Source of the DNA: an uncultured Chloroflexia bacterium
GTDB lineage: Bacteria > Chloroflexota > Anaerolineae > CG2-30-64-16
Direction: 5' to 3'
DNA: 64,000 bases
Assembly (NCBI GenBank): GCA_963810095.1
Contig: CAWEMM010000001.1
Coordinates: forward strand, 32,001 to 96,000
Shown here: piece after piece, positions 41,037 through 54,359 of the stretch
Position numbering within the stretch: position 1 is the first letter of the stretch
How the letters are laid out: each line of letters opens with the position of its first letter
Position numbers and translations under genes: made by a program
The notes under the pieces: generated by a model
Seen by the model: only the letters and a program-made list of their open reading frames with translations
The model's database searches: none
Told to the model about the DNA's origin: nothing

Positions 41037-41078
41037 GAAGGATGTGAGCAGGGGGCCCTGCTCGCATCCTTTCTTTTT
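41037..41078 (+). terminator. Intrinsic terminator after the GNAT gene
   Basis: AAGGATGTGAGCAGG/CCTGCTCGCATCCTT stem followed by TCTTTTT. Confidence 0.85.
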
Positions 41079-41372
41079 GCGCCGGACCCCTGCCCGGCGT
41101 CCCAGCCCAAACTAGCCCCGACATGGGGTTGCGTAAGCACACACGTGCGAGCTAAGCTTGTAGCGCGGCTTTCCCACTTTGCGAGTCGTTCAGTCGCTCA
41201 TGTTCTCCCTCCTGAGAAGTCGATCCGCGGAACGCAAAAAAGGCCGGCAGGTGTCGTTCAAGCGGCGACCGGGTTCGAAAGATCGGGCCAGTGCGCATCC
41301 TCTCGATTTGACGTCCTGTGGTAAAATGAAAGTTCGTGGCACGCGCTCGGCCGCTGCGTGGCAGCACTCGGA

Positions 41373-41414
41373 TTGCGCGTCGCGAACGCTCGTGCTACAA
41401 TAGTACGTCCGTTC
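41373..41414 (+). promoter_or_regulatory. uvrA promoter with two candidate LexA (SOS) boxes
   Basis: TTGCGC-17 bp-TACAAT with extended TG. GAAC-GCTC-GTGC (41384-41395) and GTAC-GTCC-GTTC (41403-41414) flank the -10, each one mismatch from GAAC-N4-GTTC. Confidence 0.7.
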
Positions 41415-41441
41415 GCTTCTCCATGGAGGAATAGGGGTCAT

Positions 41442-44605
<3,164 letters not shown>

Positions 44606-44609
<4 letters not shown>

Positions 44610-45349
44610 GCGCAGTGCCGGCCCTCACGCCGGCGCCGGAACTCCGCACGTATGCGGATAAGGTCCGGACCATTGCGTCCCACATCCGCACGGTGGCCGC
44701 GTGCGCCGGCCCGGTCAGCATTCTTGAGGCGGGCTGTGGGACGCGGTGGGATATCAGGCTGGGCGGGGTCGACTACACGCTGACAGGCGTGGACAGCGAC
44801 GAAGCCGCGCTGAACTTGCGACTCAACGAGCAGCATGACATCGATAAGGCGGTGCTTGCCGACCTGCGCACGGTTGACTTTCCGCCCGAGAGCTACCACG
44901 TCGTGTACTGCAGCGACGTGATCGAGCACATCGCGGGCGCGGAGACGGTGCTGGCGAGGTTTGCGCACTGGTTGAAGCCGGGCGGCATCATGATTCTCGG
45001 CTTCCCCAATCGCGACTCATCCTACGGCTTCCTGACCCGGATCACGCCGCACCGGGCGCACATCGTCTACAAGAAGTATGTCCAGGGCGACAAGACTGCG
45101 GGCCAGCCCGGCAGGAGCCCGTTTCCCACTGCATTCGATACGGTCGTGTCGCGGAGGGGTATGCGAGCCTTTGCGCAACGCCAAGGCCTGGCCATTAAGG
45201 CGGAGTACCGGCGGGATCATGCCCTGGTGCGTAACCGCTGGCTGTGGCGGCTGATCCAGGGGGTGCTGTGGCTGGTGCACGTGACATCCGGCGGCCGGCT
45301 GACGCTCGACCATCGAGCGCTTCTGTACGTAATCGAGAAACCCGGTTGA
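44606..45349 (+). CDS. Class I SAM-dependent methyltransferase
   Basis: Motifs LEAGCG, DVIEHI and LKPGG. ATGA overlap with the uvrA stop. Confidence 0.85.
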
Positions 45350-45358
45350 GATAAGGCG

Positions 45359-46840
45359 ATGAATCAGAAACGATACCATATCTGGACGATCGGCTGTCAG
45401 ATGAACGAGGCAGACTCGGGACGGGTAGCAGCCGAGCTCGATGCACTGGGATATGCGCCCACGAGCGAGGCCGGTGACGCCGACGTCATCGTACTGAACA
45501 CCTGCGTGGTGCGGCAGACCGCGGAGGACCGGGCCGTCGGCCGCTTGTGGTCACTGCGACCGCTAAAGCAGGAACACCCGGAGCGCGTGATCGCGCTGAT
45601 GGGCTGCATGGTGGGCATCAAGCCGAACCAGGCCCTCAAGGAGCGCTTCCCCTTCGTCGACGTGTTTATGCCACCTTCTGACCCCGCGCCGCTCGTAGGT
45701 TATCTCAGCAGCGACGCCCTCGAAGCCGAAGCCCGCGTGCTGGAAGACGCGGAGACCACCGTCCGCTACGACTTCCAGGACTTCGCCGGCCCGGGGGCCG
45801 AAAGCCCGGAAGCGGCGGCCATGGGCCTGATTGAGCCGGATTGGGACGCGCCCCTCGGGGAAGGGATCCCGGAGGCCGGCCCGATCCTGGCGCCGACGGA
45901 TCACTCGATCCAGAGCGTGCGGCACCTCTCGCTGAGCGGCGTCACGCCGGTAACGGCCAACGTGCCGATCGTTTATGGCTGCTCGCATGCGTGCACTTTC
46001 TGCATCATCCCGTTCAGGCGGGGGGTGGAGAGGAGCCGTCCGCTGGAGGAGGTCGTCCGAGAGGTGCGCGGGCTCGTGAGCCAGGGCGTGCGCGAGGTGA
46101 CCCTGCTCGGCCAGATCGTGGACCGCTACGGCAAGGACTTTCCAGGCGGTCGGCCCGATCTTGCCGATCTGCTCGAGGCGGTCGACGCGATCGACGGGCT
46201 GTGGCGCATCCGGTTCCTCACCAGCCACCCCAATTACATGACGGATCGCATCCTCGAGGCGGTGGCGCGCTTACCGAAGGTCTGCGAACAGATCGAGATT
46301 CCCGTGCAGGCAGGCGACGACGACGTGCTCCTGGCGATGAAGCGGGGGTATACCACGGACCAGTATCGCCGGCTGGTGGCGCACGTGCGCGAGCGGATCC
46401 CGAACACCGCGATCCATACGGACATCATCGTGGGCTTCCCCGGCGAGACGACCGAGCAGTTTCAGCGTACGCACGGCCTGCTGAGCGAGCTGCGCCTGGA
46501 CAAGGTGCACCTCGCCATGTACTCGCCCCGGCCCGGGACCGTCAGCGAGCGGCGAATGGAAGATGACGTGCCCGCCGTAGAGAAGAAGCGCCGGTGGGAC
46601 GCGCTCGACGCAGTGCAGCGCGAGGTGCTGGCCGAGATCAACGGCCGGTCTCTGGGCGAAGTGGTCGAGGTGCTGGTCGAGGAGAACCACAAAGGCCGCT
46701 GGCGCGGCCGGACGCGCACCAACAAGCTGGTCTTTTTCGATCACACGGCCGACTGGCGCGGGAGGCTCGCCAACGTCCGCATCAGCTGGGCGGGGCCCTG
46801 GTCGATGATCGGCGAGGTCAGCGAACCATCCGAGAATTAG
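45359..46840 (+). CDS. miaB: tRNA-2-methylthio-N6-dimethylallyladenosine synthase
   Basis: TIGCQMNEAD, NTCVVR, GCM, CSHACTFC, RFLTSHP, DIIVGFPGET and YSPRPGT motifs, plus a TRAM domain. Confidence 0.94.
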   Translation: MNQKRYHIWTIGCQMNEADSGRVAAELDALGYAPTSEAGDADVIVLNTCVVRQTAEDRAVGRLWSLRPLKQEHPERVIALMGCMVGIKPNQALKERFPFVDVFMPPSDPAPLVGYLSSDALEAEARVLEDAETTVRYDFQDFAGPGAESPEAAAMGLIEPDWDAPLGEGIPEAGPILAPTDHSIQSVRHLSLSGVTPVTANVPIVYGCSHACTFCIIPFRRGVERSRPLEEVVREVRGLVSQGVREVTLLGQIVDRYGKDFPGGRPDLADLLEAVDAIDGLWRIRFLTSHPNYMTDRILEAVARLPKVCEQIEIPVQAGDDDVLLAMKRGYTTDQYRRLVAHVRERIPNTAIHTDIIVGFPGETTEQFQRTHGLLSELRLDKVHLAMYSPRPGTVSERRMEDDVPAVEKKRRWDALDAVQREVLAEINGRSLGEVVEVLVEENHKGRWRGRTRTNKLVFFDHTADWRGRLANVRISWAGPWSMIGEVSEPSEN

Positions 46841-46909
46841 CTGGGGCCGGTCTCTGACCCAGCCCCAGCTGGCGCACGGGCCAGAGTACTTTCGGATGGA
46901 TTCTAGAAC

Positions 46910-46940
46910 AAAATGGGGGGCTGCGAGTGCAGCCCCCCAT
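46910..46940. terminator. Terminator hairpin between convergent miaB and LysM gene
   Basis: AAAATGGGGGCTGC-GAGT-GCAGCCCCCCAT, with the T-run on the minus strand. Confidence 0.75.
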
Positions 46941-46961
46941 CGGTTATCTTAGCCCGCTACA

Positions 46962-48530
46962 TCAGGGGATGCAGAGGGACTGGCCGAGATAGATCAGGTC
47001 CGCATTGCGGATGTTGTTGGCCCGGATGATGCTGCTGCCCGATACGCCGTACTTGCCGGCGACCTTGGCCAGCGTGTCACCCGACTTCACAGTGTGATGC
47101 GCCGCGCAGCTGCCTGTGCTCACTGCCACGGGGCGAGCCGCAGTCGTGGCGCCCGCCACCGGCGGGTCCTGGACATTAGTGAAGTTCACCGTCGCGCCCG
47201 TGTAGGTCGGCGGGACAGGATACGGGAATTTGACGGTCACGCAGACCGGCGTCTTGGCGATCCAGTGATCGCGCTGTTCCTCGCACACATTGATCGAAGC
47301 GCCGGGGAATGCCATCTCCGCGGTCTTGAGCTGGTCCTGCGTGAAGACATACTGGCCGAGTGCGTCGGTCGAGGTCGAGACGGACGTCTCGGTGCCGACC
47401 AGCGTCGCGGTGATCACCCAGCCGGGCAAGCCGACCAGGGTGCCCTTGTACGGCTTCTCCCAGGCCTCGAACCACTTCGTGCCCGAGATCTTCAACGTCC
47501 CGATGAGCTCCTGGTTCTCAAAGGTAGCCTCGACCGTCTCGCAGTCCATCAGGCTGACCGTGATGGGATTGTTGCCCAACACCTTCCAGCCGGACTGTAC
47601 GGTCTCGGTGACCTTGTAGACGCCAGGGTACAGGCCGTCAAAGACGGCGCGGCCGTCGCCGCTAGTCGTCTTGACGATGGAGGTCGCGGTGCCGTCTGCC
47701 CGGCTGACCGTGAACTTCCAGCCTGCGATGGTGCCGAGTGGCTCCTTGCCCCCGTCCGAGTTCGTGCCGTAGCCCAGCTTGGTCACGATGATCTTCGGAT
47801 GGCACACCGGCTCACGATTCTTGAAGACGATCGGGTTGATGGCGCCGATCGGTTGGTACTGATCGACGATCCGCTCGACGGGGTTCGGGGTCAGCGGCGT
47901 CCAGCCCGACTTAACGGTCTCGGCGACGCTCCACGTGCCCGGCGTCAAGGTCAACAGGCCCTGCCCGCTGGTGATGGTAGCCGTGACGACCTTGGCGAAA
48001 GGATCGCCGACCGGCGTGGCCGTGATGTTCCAGTTCTCGCCGGGCACCACGGTGCCGTCAAGTCGCTCTTCCCACTTGAGGACAGGGATGGTGACCAGGC
48101 GGCGGATCTTGAACAGGATACGGTAGCACGTGCTGCTCTTTGCGAGCGCAGTGGGGCCGGTCTCGGCCACCCCGCCGATTCTCGCCAGCGGTACGATGCC
48201 ATTCCAGCCCTCGGGCAAGGGGAGCCGGAAGTTGTACGTCCCGGCAGCGAGGTTGGCGAACTTGAAGTAGCCGTCCTTGCCGACCGGTGCGGTCCCAACC
48301 TGCTGGTTGGTCGCCACGTCCCAGGCTTCCACGACGAGGGGCGGGTTGGTCTTCGTGCCATCCACCGCGAGCTCACGGTGGTTGATCACGTACCCATCCA
48401 CGCAGACCTCGCCCTTGGCTTGCTGAACGCCGTTGGTGGTCGGGCCGTCCGCAAACGCTACACTGCCGACCAACAAGAGCATCAACAGCGCGGCCGCCAG
48501 GGCCAAGATGAACGTCCGTTGCTTGACCAT
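46962..48530 (-). CDS. Secreted protein with Cna-B/SpaA-like Ig repeats and a C-terminal LysM
   Basis: SD GAGGAGG, signal peptide ending VAFA, repeated G-x-Y-x-V-x-E-T-x-x-x-GW modules, and LysM HTVKSGDTL...LIYLGQSLCIP. Confidence 0.85.
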   Translation of the reverse strand: MVKQRTFILALAAALLMLLLVGSVAFADGPTTNGVQQAKGEVCVDGYVINHRELAVDGTKTNPPLVVEAWDVATNQQVGTAPVGKDGYFKFANLAAGTYNFRLPLPEGWNGIVPLARIGGVAETGPTALAKSSTCYRILFKIRRLVTIPVLKWEERLDGTVVPGENWNITATPVGDPFAKVVTATITSGQGLLTLTPGTWSVAETVKSGWTPLTPNPVERIVDQYQPIGAINPIVFKNREPVCHPKIIVTKLGYGTNSDGGKEPLGTIAGWKFTVSRADGTATSIVKTTSGDGRAVFDGLYPGVYKVTETVQSGWKVLGNNPITVSLMDCETVEATFENQELIGTLKISGTKWFEAWEKPYKGTLVGLPGWVITATLVGTETSVSTSTDALGQYVFTQDQLKTAEMAFPGASINVCEEQRDHWIAKTPVCVTVKFPYPVPPTYTGATVNFTNVQDPPVAGATTAARPVAVSTGSCAAHHTVKSGDTLAKVAGKYGVSGSSIIRANNIRNADLIYLGQSLCIP

Positions 48531-48827
48531 GTATCCCTCCTCTGTACCATCAGGCAATGATGGGTCTGGGTGAGACCCTGCATGAGTGACAATCCGGATT
48601 TCGGCTGGCAAACAGGGCGCCAACCCCCTGCCTGGCGACCACCCTCCTACGAGCAGCCCTTTGCACGCTCGTGGCGCCGCAGCCCATCCAACGGTGACCG
48701 CATGCGACGTCTCCGTGAGCAGCGAGTGAGACGCCGCATGCTCGGACCACTTGTGCTTACTGCTGGTCCGAGCATGATGAGCAGCGACGGGCAAGTTCGA
48801 CGCGCTGCAGTTCACCCTCCGTCAGGG

Positions 48828-50537
48828 TCAGGGAATGCAGAGCCGCTGCCCCACGTAGATCAGGTTAGCATTCTTCAGGCTGTTACGCTGCGCGATCGCC
48901 TGCACCGAAGTGCCGTAACGGACTGCGATCTTCGTGAGCGTATCGCCGGGCCGGACCACATACCAGGTGCACGAGCCGCCCGGTGGCGGGTTCGTGCTGC
49001 CGCCCTTGCATGGCACGACAAGCCGCTGGCCCAGGATCAGGATATTGGGATTGCGGATGCCGTTGGCCGATGCCAACTGCTCTACGGTCGTCCCGTACTT
49101 GGCTGCGATGTCCTTGAGTGCGTCCCCGTTCTGCACGACGTAGTAGCACGGACCGACGACGACGGGCGGCGTGACTCCGGCCGTCGAGCAGGCCACCACC
49201 TTGATCGCGTCCAGGTTGACGTTCAGCTCGCGCTGCGGGGTGCCCCACTTCTTCCAGGCCCGGAAGCCGATAATGGTCTTCCCCGCCGGCGCCGTGAACC
49301 GGGTGCCGAACGACGACATGAAGCCCGGTGCAGTGCGCACGAAGAAGTTGTCCCACGGCAGCTCGGTCCAGTTAGTGATGTCGGCCTCGCTCGGATCGGC
49401 ATCGGCCGGTGCGTAACCCCACTGCACCCGATACCGCCACCGGTCTTCATTCGGGTGGGAGGCTTCCTGGCGGATCATGCCCCAGGCCGAAACCTGGTAA
49501 GTGGCGCCGGCCGTTAAGCCGTTGACGACCTGGTAAATGCCGGCGAAACGATCGGGGTCGGAGGCCGCCCGGCCCCAGGTATTGATCTCGATCAGCTGGC
49601 CGTGCGTGCCGTCCTTGACGACGGGCGCCCACATCTCGTCGTAGAACCCGTAGCTTGCCGCGCCGCCGTTCGTGAAGGAGCTCCAGTTCTTGCCGACGCC
49701 GTTGACAAAGCCGCTCTCAAAATCACCGTTCGCGAGGAATGTGCCGCCCCCACAGCTGAGCACCGGGGGCGCCACCGGTTGCACCGGCTTCGGCGCCGTA
49801 GCCTGCTCGACGGGGCCCGGCAAGATCACGACGGGATTGGCCAGCTGAACCGGCTGCCGAACGACCTGGCCCGTGAGGCTGACCGCGTCGATGTTGACGT
49901 CGAGCTCCTTGTAGGAGTTGCCCCACTTCTTCCAGGCCCGGATGAACAGCGTGATTTTGCCGCTGGGCGCCGCGAAGGTCGTCGCGAAGCTCTGCAGGCC
50001 CGTAGGCGCAGTGCGCTCGTCGATCTTGTCCCACGGCAGTTCCACCCAGTTCGTCACCTTCGTCCAGTCCGTCGAGCCATCGGACGTGTATCCCCACTGG
50101 ACGCGGTAGCGGAACTTGTCCTCGTTCGGGTCGGGCTGATGCTCGCGCATGCCGCCCTGCATCTTGAGCGTGTAGCTGGCGCCCTTGGTCAAACCGACCG
50201 TCTGATAAATGCCTGCGAAACGGTCGGGCTGCGAGGCCGCGTACTGCTTGGTGTTGATCTCGATGAGTTGACTGTGGAGGCCGTCGGCGATCACCGGGGT
50301 CCATTGATCGTCGTAGAAGCCGTAAGCTGCATTGCCGCCGTTGGTGAAACAACCCCAATTCGCGCCGACCATCCCGCAGCCCGGGATCATCACGAACCCA
50401 CCCTCGAAATTGCCGTTCTGGATCACGTCCATCGTGGCGACGGCGAGTCCCGTCGAACTGCCGAGCGTGAGGCTGACCAGGATCGCGAGAGCGAGGGCAA
50501 GCGCCATCAGGCGCCGGGGATTCCTCAGGAATCGCAT
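48828..50537 (-). CDS. Secreted protein with two tandem CBM-like jelly-roll domains and two LysM domains
   Basis: SD AAGGAGG, signal peptide, a duplicated NG(N/D)FExGF...WKKWG domain and two LysM motifs. Confidence 0.87.
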   Translation of the reverse strand: MRFLRNPRRLMALALALAILVSLTLGSSTGLAVATMDVIQNGNFEGGFVMIPGCGMVGANWGCFTNGGNAAYGFYDDQWTPVIADGLHSQLIEINTKQYAASQPDRFAGIYQTVGLTKGASYTLKMQGGMREHQPDPNEDKFRYRVQWGYTSDGSTDWTKVTNWVELPWDKIDERTAPTGLQSFATTFAAPSGKITLFIRAWKKWGNSYKELDVNIDAVSLTGQVVRQPVQLANPVVILPGPVEQATAPKPVQPVAPPVLSCGGGTFLANGDFESGFVNGVGKNWSSFTNGGAASYGFYDEMWAPVVKDGTHGQLIEINTWGRAASDPDRFAGIYQVVNGLTAGATYQVSAWGMIRQEASHPNEDRWRYRVQWGYAPADADPSEADITNWTELPWDNFFVRTAPGFMSSFGTRFTAPAGKTIIGFRAWKKWGTPQRELNVNLDAIKVVACSTAGVTPPVVVGPCYYVVQNGDALKDIAAKYGTTVEQLASANGIRNPNILILGQRLVVPCKGGSTNPPPGGSCTWYVVRPGDTLTKIAVRYGTSVQAIAQRNSLKNANLIYVGQRLCIP

Positions 50538-50641
50538 AGGATCCTCCTTCTCAACCAACCGTGCCTCACGTAGTGCAACGACTTGGGTGGCTGCGACCGT
50601 ACGCGGGCAAACTCACAAGCTACGGGACATATCTCGCGCGG

Positions 50642-50670
50642 ATTGTAGCACATGTGCCGCGCGAACGCAA
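50642..50670 (-). promoter_or_regulatory. Promoter of the LysM genes
   Basis: TTGCGT-17 bp-TACAAT with extended TG on the minus strand. Confidence 0.65.
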
Positions 50671-50753
50671 TAGGGTTATTCTTCCAATTCCATCACAATT
50701 ACATTTTCGGCACACCTCCTGACAACTTTTAGCGCGCGATGCTAAATCTTATG

Positions 50754-52166
50754 TTAAGTAGATGAGGTTTTGCCCTCGTTCAGCCAGGCAATTTCGGCTA
50801 TTGCGGTCTCCAGGTCAGTGCGCGCTCGCTCGGCGTACGCGGCGTAGCGCCGCCGCTTGTCACGCACAGTGGGCTCCAGCTCGGGCAGCAGGCCGAAGTT
50901 CGCCTTCATGGGTTGGAAGCCGGCCGGGTCCGCGTGCGTTACGTAGTGTAGCAGCGCACCCAGCATGGTCGTCTCGGGCCATTCGACGGGCTGATGCCCC
51001 GCCAGCACGGCCCACGCGTTCAACCCGGCCGCGAGCCCGCTCGCAGCCGATCCAACGTAGCCCTCGGTGCCGGTCAACTGGCCGGCGAAGAACAGGTCGT
51101 CTCGGGTGCGCCACTGCAGCGTAGGCCGCAGCAGCCGCGGGCTGTTGATGAAGGTGTTGCGGTGCATCTGGCCGAAGCGCACGAACTCGGCGTTCGCCAG
51201 CCCGGGGATCATGCGCAACACGCGCTCCTGATCCCCCCACTTGATGTTCGTCTGGAAACCGACCAGGTTGTAAAGGGTGCCCGCCGCGTTGTCCTGGCGC
51301 AGTTGAACGACCGCATAAGGTCTGCGGCCGGTGCGCGGGTCCCGAAGTCCCACGGGGCGCATGGGCCCGAAGGCCAGCGCCATGGGATCACGTGCGGCCA
51401 GCACTTCGATGGGCAGACAGCCCTCGAAATAGCGCCGCGTCTCGTCCTGCTCGAACTCGCGGAGGCTGATCTTCTCCGCGTCGTTGACCGCCTGCACAAA
51501 GGCGATGTATTCGTCCTTGTCGAGCGGGCAGTTGATGTAGTCGCCTTCAGGCTCGGCTGGTTCGCCATTGCCAGCGCTGGAGTCCACTCCTGGCGCAGGC
51601 TTCGCATAACGGCTCTGGCGGAACGCAATCGACAGGTCGACCGTGTCGACCGCGACGATCGGCGCCATGGCATCGAAGAAGTAGAGCGTCTCTTCGCCTG
51701 CCAGCGCCCGTATGACCTGGGCAAACGGCGCAGATGTGAGCGGTCCGGTTGCGACGATAGTCGGCTGGCCCTCGGGCAGCGCCAGCACCTGCTCGCGCAT
51801 GACCGTAATGCCCGGGTGGCCCTCGATGGCCGCCGTCACCCCCGCCGCGAACGCGTCACGGTCCACCGCCAGCGCACCCCCCGCCGGCACTGCATGCTCG
51901 TCGGCAACCCGGATGATCACCGAACCCAGACGGCGCAGTTCTTGCTTAAGCACGCCCAGCGCCCGGTCCGGCAGATCGGATCCGAGGCTGTTCGAGCACA
52001 CCAGCTCGGCCATTTCGGCCGTCTGGTGCGCGGGGGTCATCGTGCCCGGCCGCATCTCGTACAACAGGACGGACGCCCCGCGCTCCGCAGCCTGCCAGGC
52101 CGCTTCCGCGCCTGCCAGCCCTGCACCGATGACGACGACGTCGTGCTTCTCTCCTGTCACTCTCAC
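50754..52166 (-). CDS. trmFO: Methylenetetrahydrofolate--tRNA-(uracil-54) methyltransferase
   Basis: Motifs [44 protein letters not shown] and [10 protein letters not shown]. Confidence 0.96.
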   Translation of the reverse strand: MRVTGEKHDVVVIGAGLAGAEAAWQAAERGASVLLYEMRPGTMTPAHQTAEMAELVCSNSLGSDLPDRALGVLKQELRRLGSVIIRVADEHAVPAGGALAVDRDAFAAGVTAAIEGHPGITVMREQVLALPEGQPTIVATGPLTSAPFAQVIRALAGEETLYFFDAMAPIVAVDTVDLSIAFRQSRYAKPAPGVDSSAGNGEPAEPEGDYINCPLDKDEYIAFVQAVNDAEKISLREFEQDETRRYFEGCLPIEVLAARDPMALAFGPMRPVGLRDPRTGRRPYAVVQLRQDNAAGTLYNLVGFQTNIKWGDQERVLRMIPGLANAEFVRFGQMHRNTFINSPRLLRPTLQWRTRDDLFFAGQLTGTEGYVGSAASGLAAGLNAWAVLAGHQPVEWPETTMLGALLHYVTHADPAGFQPMKANFGLLPELEPTVRDKRRRYAAYAERARTDLETAIAEIAWLNEGKTSST

Positions 52167-52292
52167 CAGCTCCACCTTGGGTCGATGCTGCCGTTTAAAT
52201 GAACGGGCCAATCGACTGTTTTGTCGTGTTCCCTGATAAGAATGACGCCAGGAGTGACGGAAAGTAACGGGAATATCTGGTGCTTGCGCCGG

Positions 52293-52320
52293 ATTATACA
52301 CCGTTCGGACAAGAAAGCAA
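52293..52320 (-). promoter_or_regulatory. Promoter candidate for trmFO
   Basis: TTGCTT-16 bp-TATAAT on the minus strand. Confidence 0.5.
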
Positions 52321-52478
52321 ATGCTAATTTCTGGATATGGCGTGAGCCCGGAGATTGCGACGCTAGTCCGCGCCCGGGGCGTCTCTCGCCCGCCGCAGCC
52401 GCGCAACCTTGACAGGCTCCGCGAGCGGGTATCCTGCGCTCGGTTCAGGCTTTCACAGACGAGGAGGCGCCCCGAGGC

Positions 52479-53790
52479 ATGCGTACAGTCGACATCATCA
52501 CCAAGAAGCGCGACGGCGGCGAGTTAACGCGGGCGGAAATCGACGCGTTCATCCAAGGTTATGTCGCCGGCGACATCCCGGACTATCAGGCCGCCGCTTG
52601 GGCGATGGCCGTGTTCTTCCGGGGGATGAGCTCCGCCGAAACAGCCATGCTCACGGAGGCGATGGCCTTTTCGGGCGATACGCTCGACCTGCACGACACG
52701 CTGCCGTTCATCGTCGACAAGCATTCATCAGGGGGGGTGGGCGACAAGACCACGCTGGTCGTGGGCCCCATGGTCGCAACGCTCGGAGTGCCCGTCGGGA
52801 AGATGTCGGGGCGGGGGCTCTCCTTTTCCGGCGGCACGCTGGACAAGCTCGAATCGATCCCCGGCTTCAGCGTGCGGCTCAGCCTCGACCAGTTCAAGCG
52901 CCAGCTCAAGGAGATCGGTCTGGTGGTTGCGGGGCAGACGAAGGAATTGGCGCCGGCGGACGGCAAGCTCTACGCGCTGCGCGACGTCACCGGGACGGTG
53001 CCCTCGCTTCCGCTCATCGCCAGTTCAATCATGTCCAAGAAGATCGCGGCGGGCGCCGACGCGATTGTGTTGGATGTGAAGGTTGGCCAGGGCGCTTTCA
53101 TGGAGACGGTGCCCGCCGCGACCGAGCTGGCCCAGCTGATGGTGGATATCGGGCGGCATCTGGGGCGCAAGATGGCGGCGCTGATCGGCGATATGAGCCA
53201 GCCGCTGGGCTTGGCCGTGGGGAACGCGCTGGAGGTCAAGGAGGCGGTCGCGACGCTGCGCGGGGCAGGGCCGGCCGACTTCGTCCGGCATTGCGTCGAC
53301 GTGTCGGCTGCCATGCTTATGATCGCCGGCCTGTACGACGATCCGTACGCAGCGGGCGCTGCGGCTCACGGGGCGCTCGCCGATGGCCGGGCCTTCGACA
53401 AGTTCCGGCAGTTTGTCCTGGCACAGGGCGGCGACCTGGCCTATGTCGACGATCCTGAGCGGCTGCCCGCGCGCCGCGTTCGTCGCGGAATTAGCGGCGC
53501 CCGTGGACGGGTATATCCACCGGGTAGATGCGCGCGAGGTTGGGTATACGGTCGTGGACCTGGGGGGCGGACGCGCCCGCAAAGAGGACGCGATCGAGCC
53601 TTCAGTGGGGGTGATGCTGGCGCCGTCGACGAAGGTGGGCCATCCGGTGCAAACCGGGCAGCCACTGCTGACAGTTCATGCGGCGAGTGCCGAGAGCCGC
53701 GATGCAGCGCTGGCGCGGCTATCACACGCCATTGTCATCGGCGCGGAGCCTGTGGAGGCGCCCCCGCTGATCCACCGGGTCATTCGCTAG
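52479..53790 (+). CDS. pdp: Pyrimidine-nucleoside (thymidine) phosphorylase (frameshift near 53470)
   Basis: Motifs [45 protein letters not shown] and [10 protein letters not shown]. Confidence 0.94.
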
Positions 53791-54333
53791 GGGGTCGGTC
53801 TCGCAAGCCGGGTGGGCCGGCCATGTGCTTGGATGTCGGCGGCCAGGGCCTGTAACAGGGTCCTGGCCGCTGCCTTTGCCTCGGCCGCCTGGGTGGCGAA
53901 GTCGCCGTCGAGCGGATCGCCAGACGGCACTGGCTGGACGGGGATGTTGCTGCCCTGGAGGATCGGCGCCGCCACGGCCGCAGTCTCGGCCGAGAATGGA
54001 CCGACGACGGCGACCACGTCCGGGTCGAGGGCCAGGGCTTGGGCCTGCTGCTCGGCGGTCACAGGGTCGAGGCTGTCGTTGAAGGCCACCACCAGCACCC
54101 GATACGATCCCAATGCGCCGGACACGTTGGCTTCGGCCGCGGCCGCCTTGATCTCGGGCAGGACCGCGTAGCCAAGCTCGCGGCCGCGGCCCTCGAAACG
54201 GCGCGATGACGCCGAGCTTGACCACAGGCGCGGCACTGCCGGGGAGTGTGCAGGCGGTGAGGAGGACGGACACAAGGACGCCAAGCAACACGATGCCGCG
54301 AGAGTGCGCCCGGCCCGGTTGTCTCGCACGCAT
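53787..54333 (-). CDS. Short lipoprotein with a single LivJ-like (type I periplasmic binding protein) lobe (frameshift near 54200)
   Basis: Lipobox LLTAC, then [17 protein letters not shown] and VVAVVGPFS. About 180 aa in total. Confidence 0.65.
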
Positions 54334-54359
54334 CTCGCACTCACCATCACGCTCCCCCG

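Noticed and set aside
41190-41201. Selenocysteine readthrough of the ATG-AGC-GAC-TGA mini-ORF
   Set aside because: There is no convincing SECIS hairpin, and the readthrough peptide resembles no selenoprotein.
52320-52370. Purine-riboswitch-like TAAT...GATATGG upstream of pdp
   Set aside because: It lacks GTTTCTACC, CCGTAAA and correct P2 pairing.
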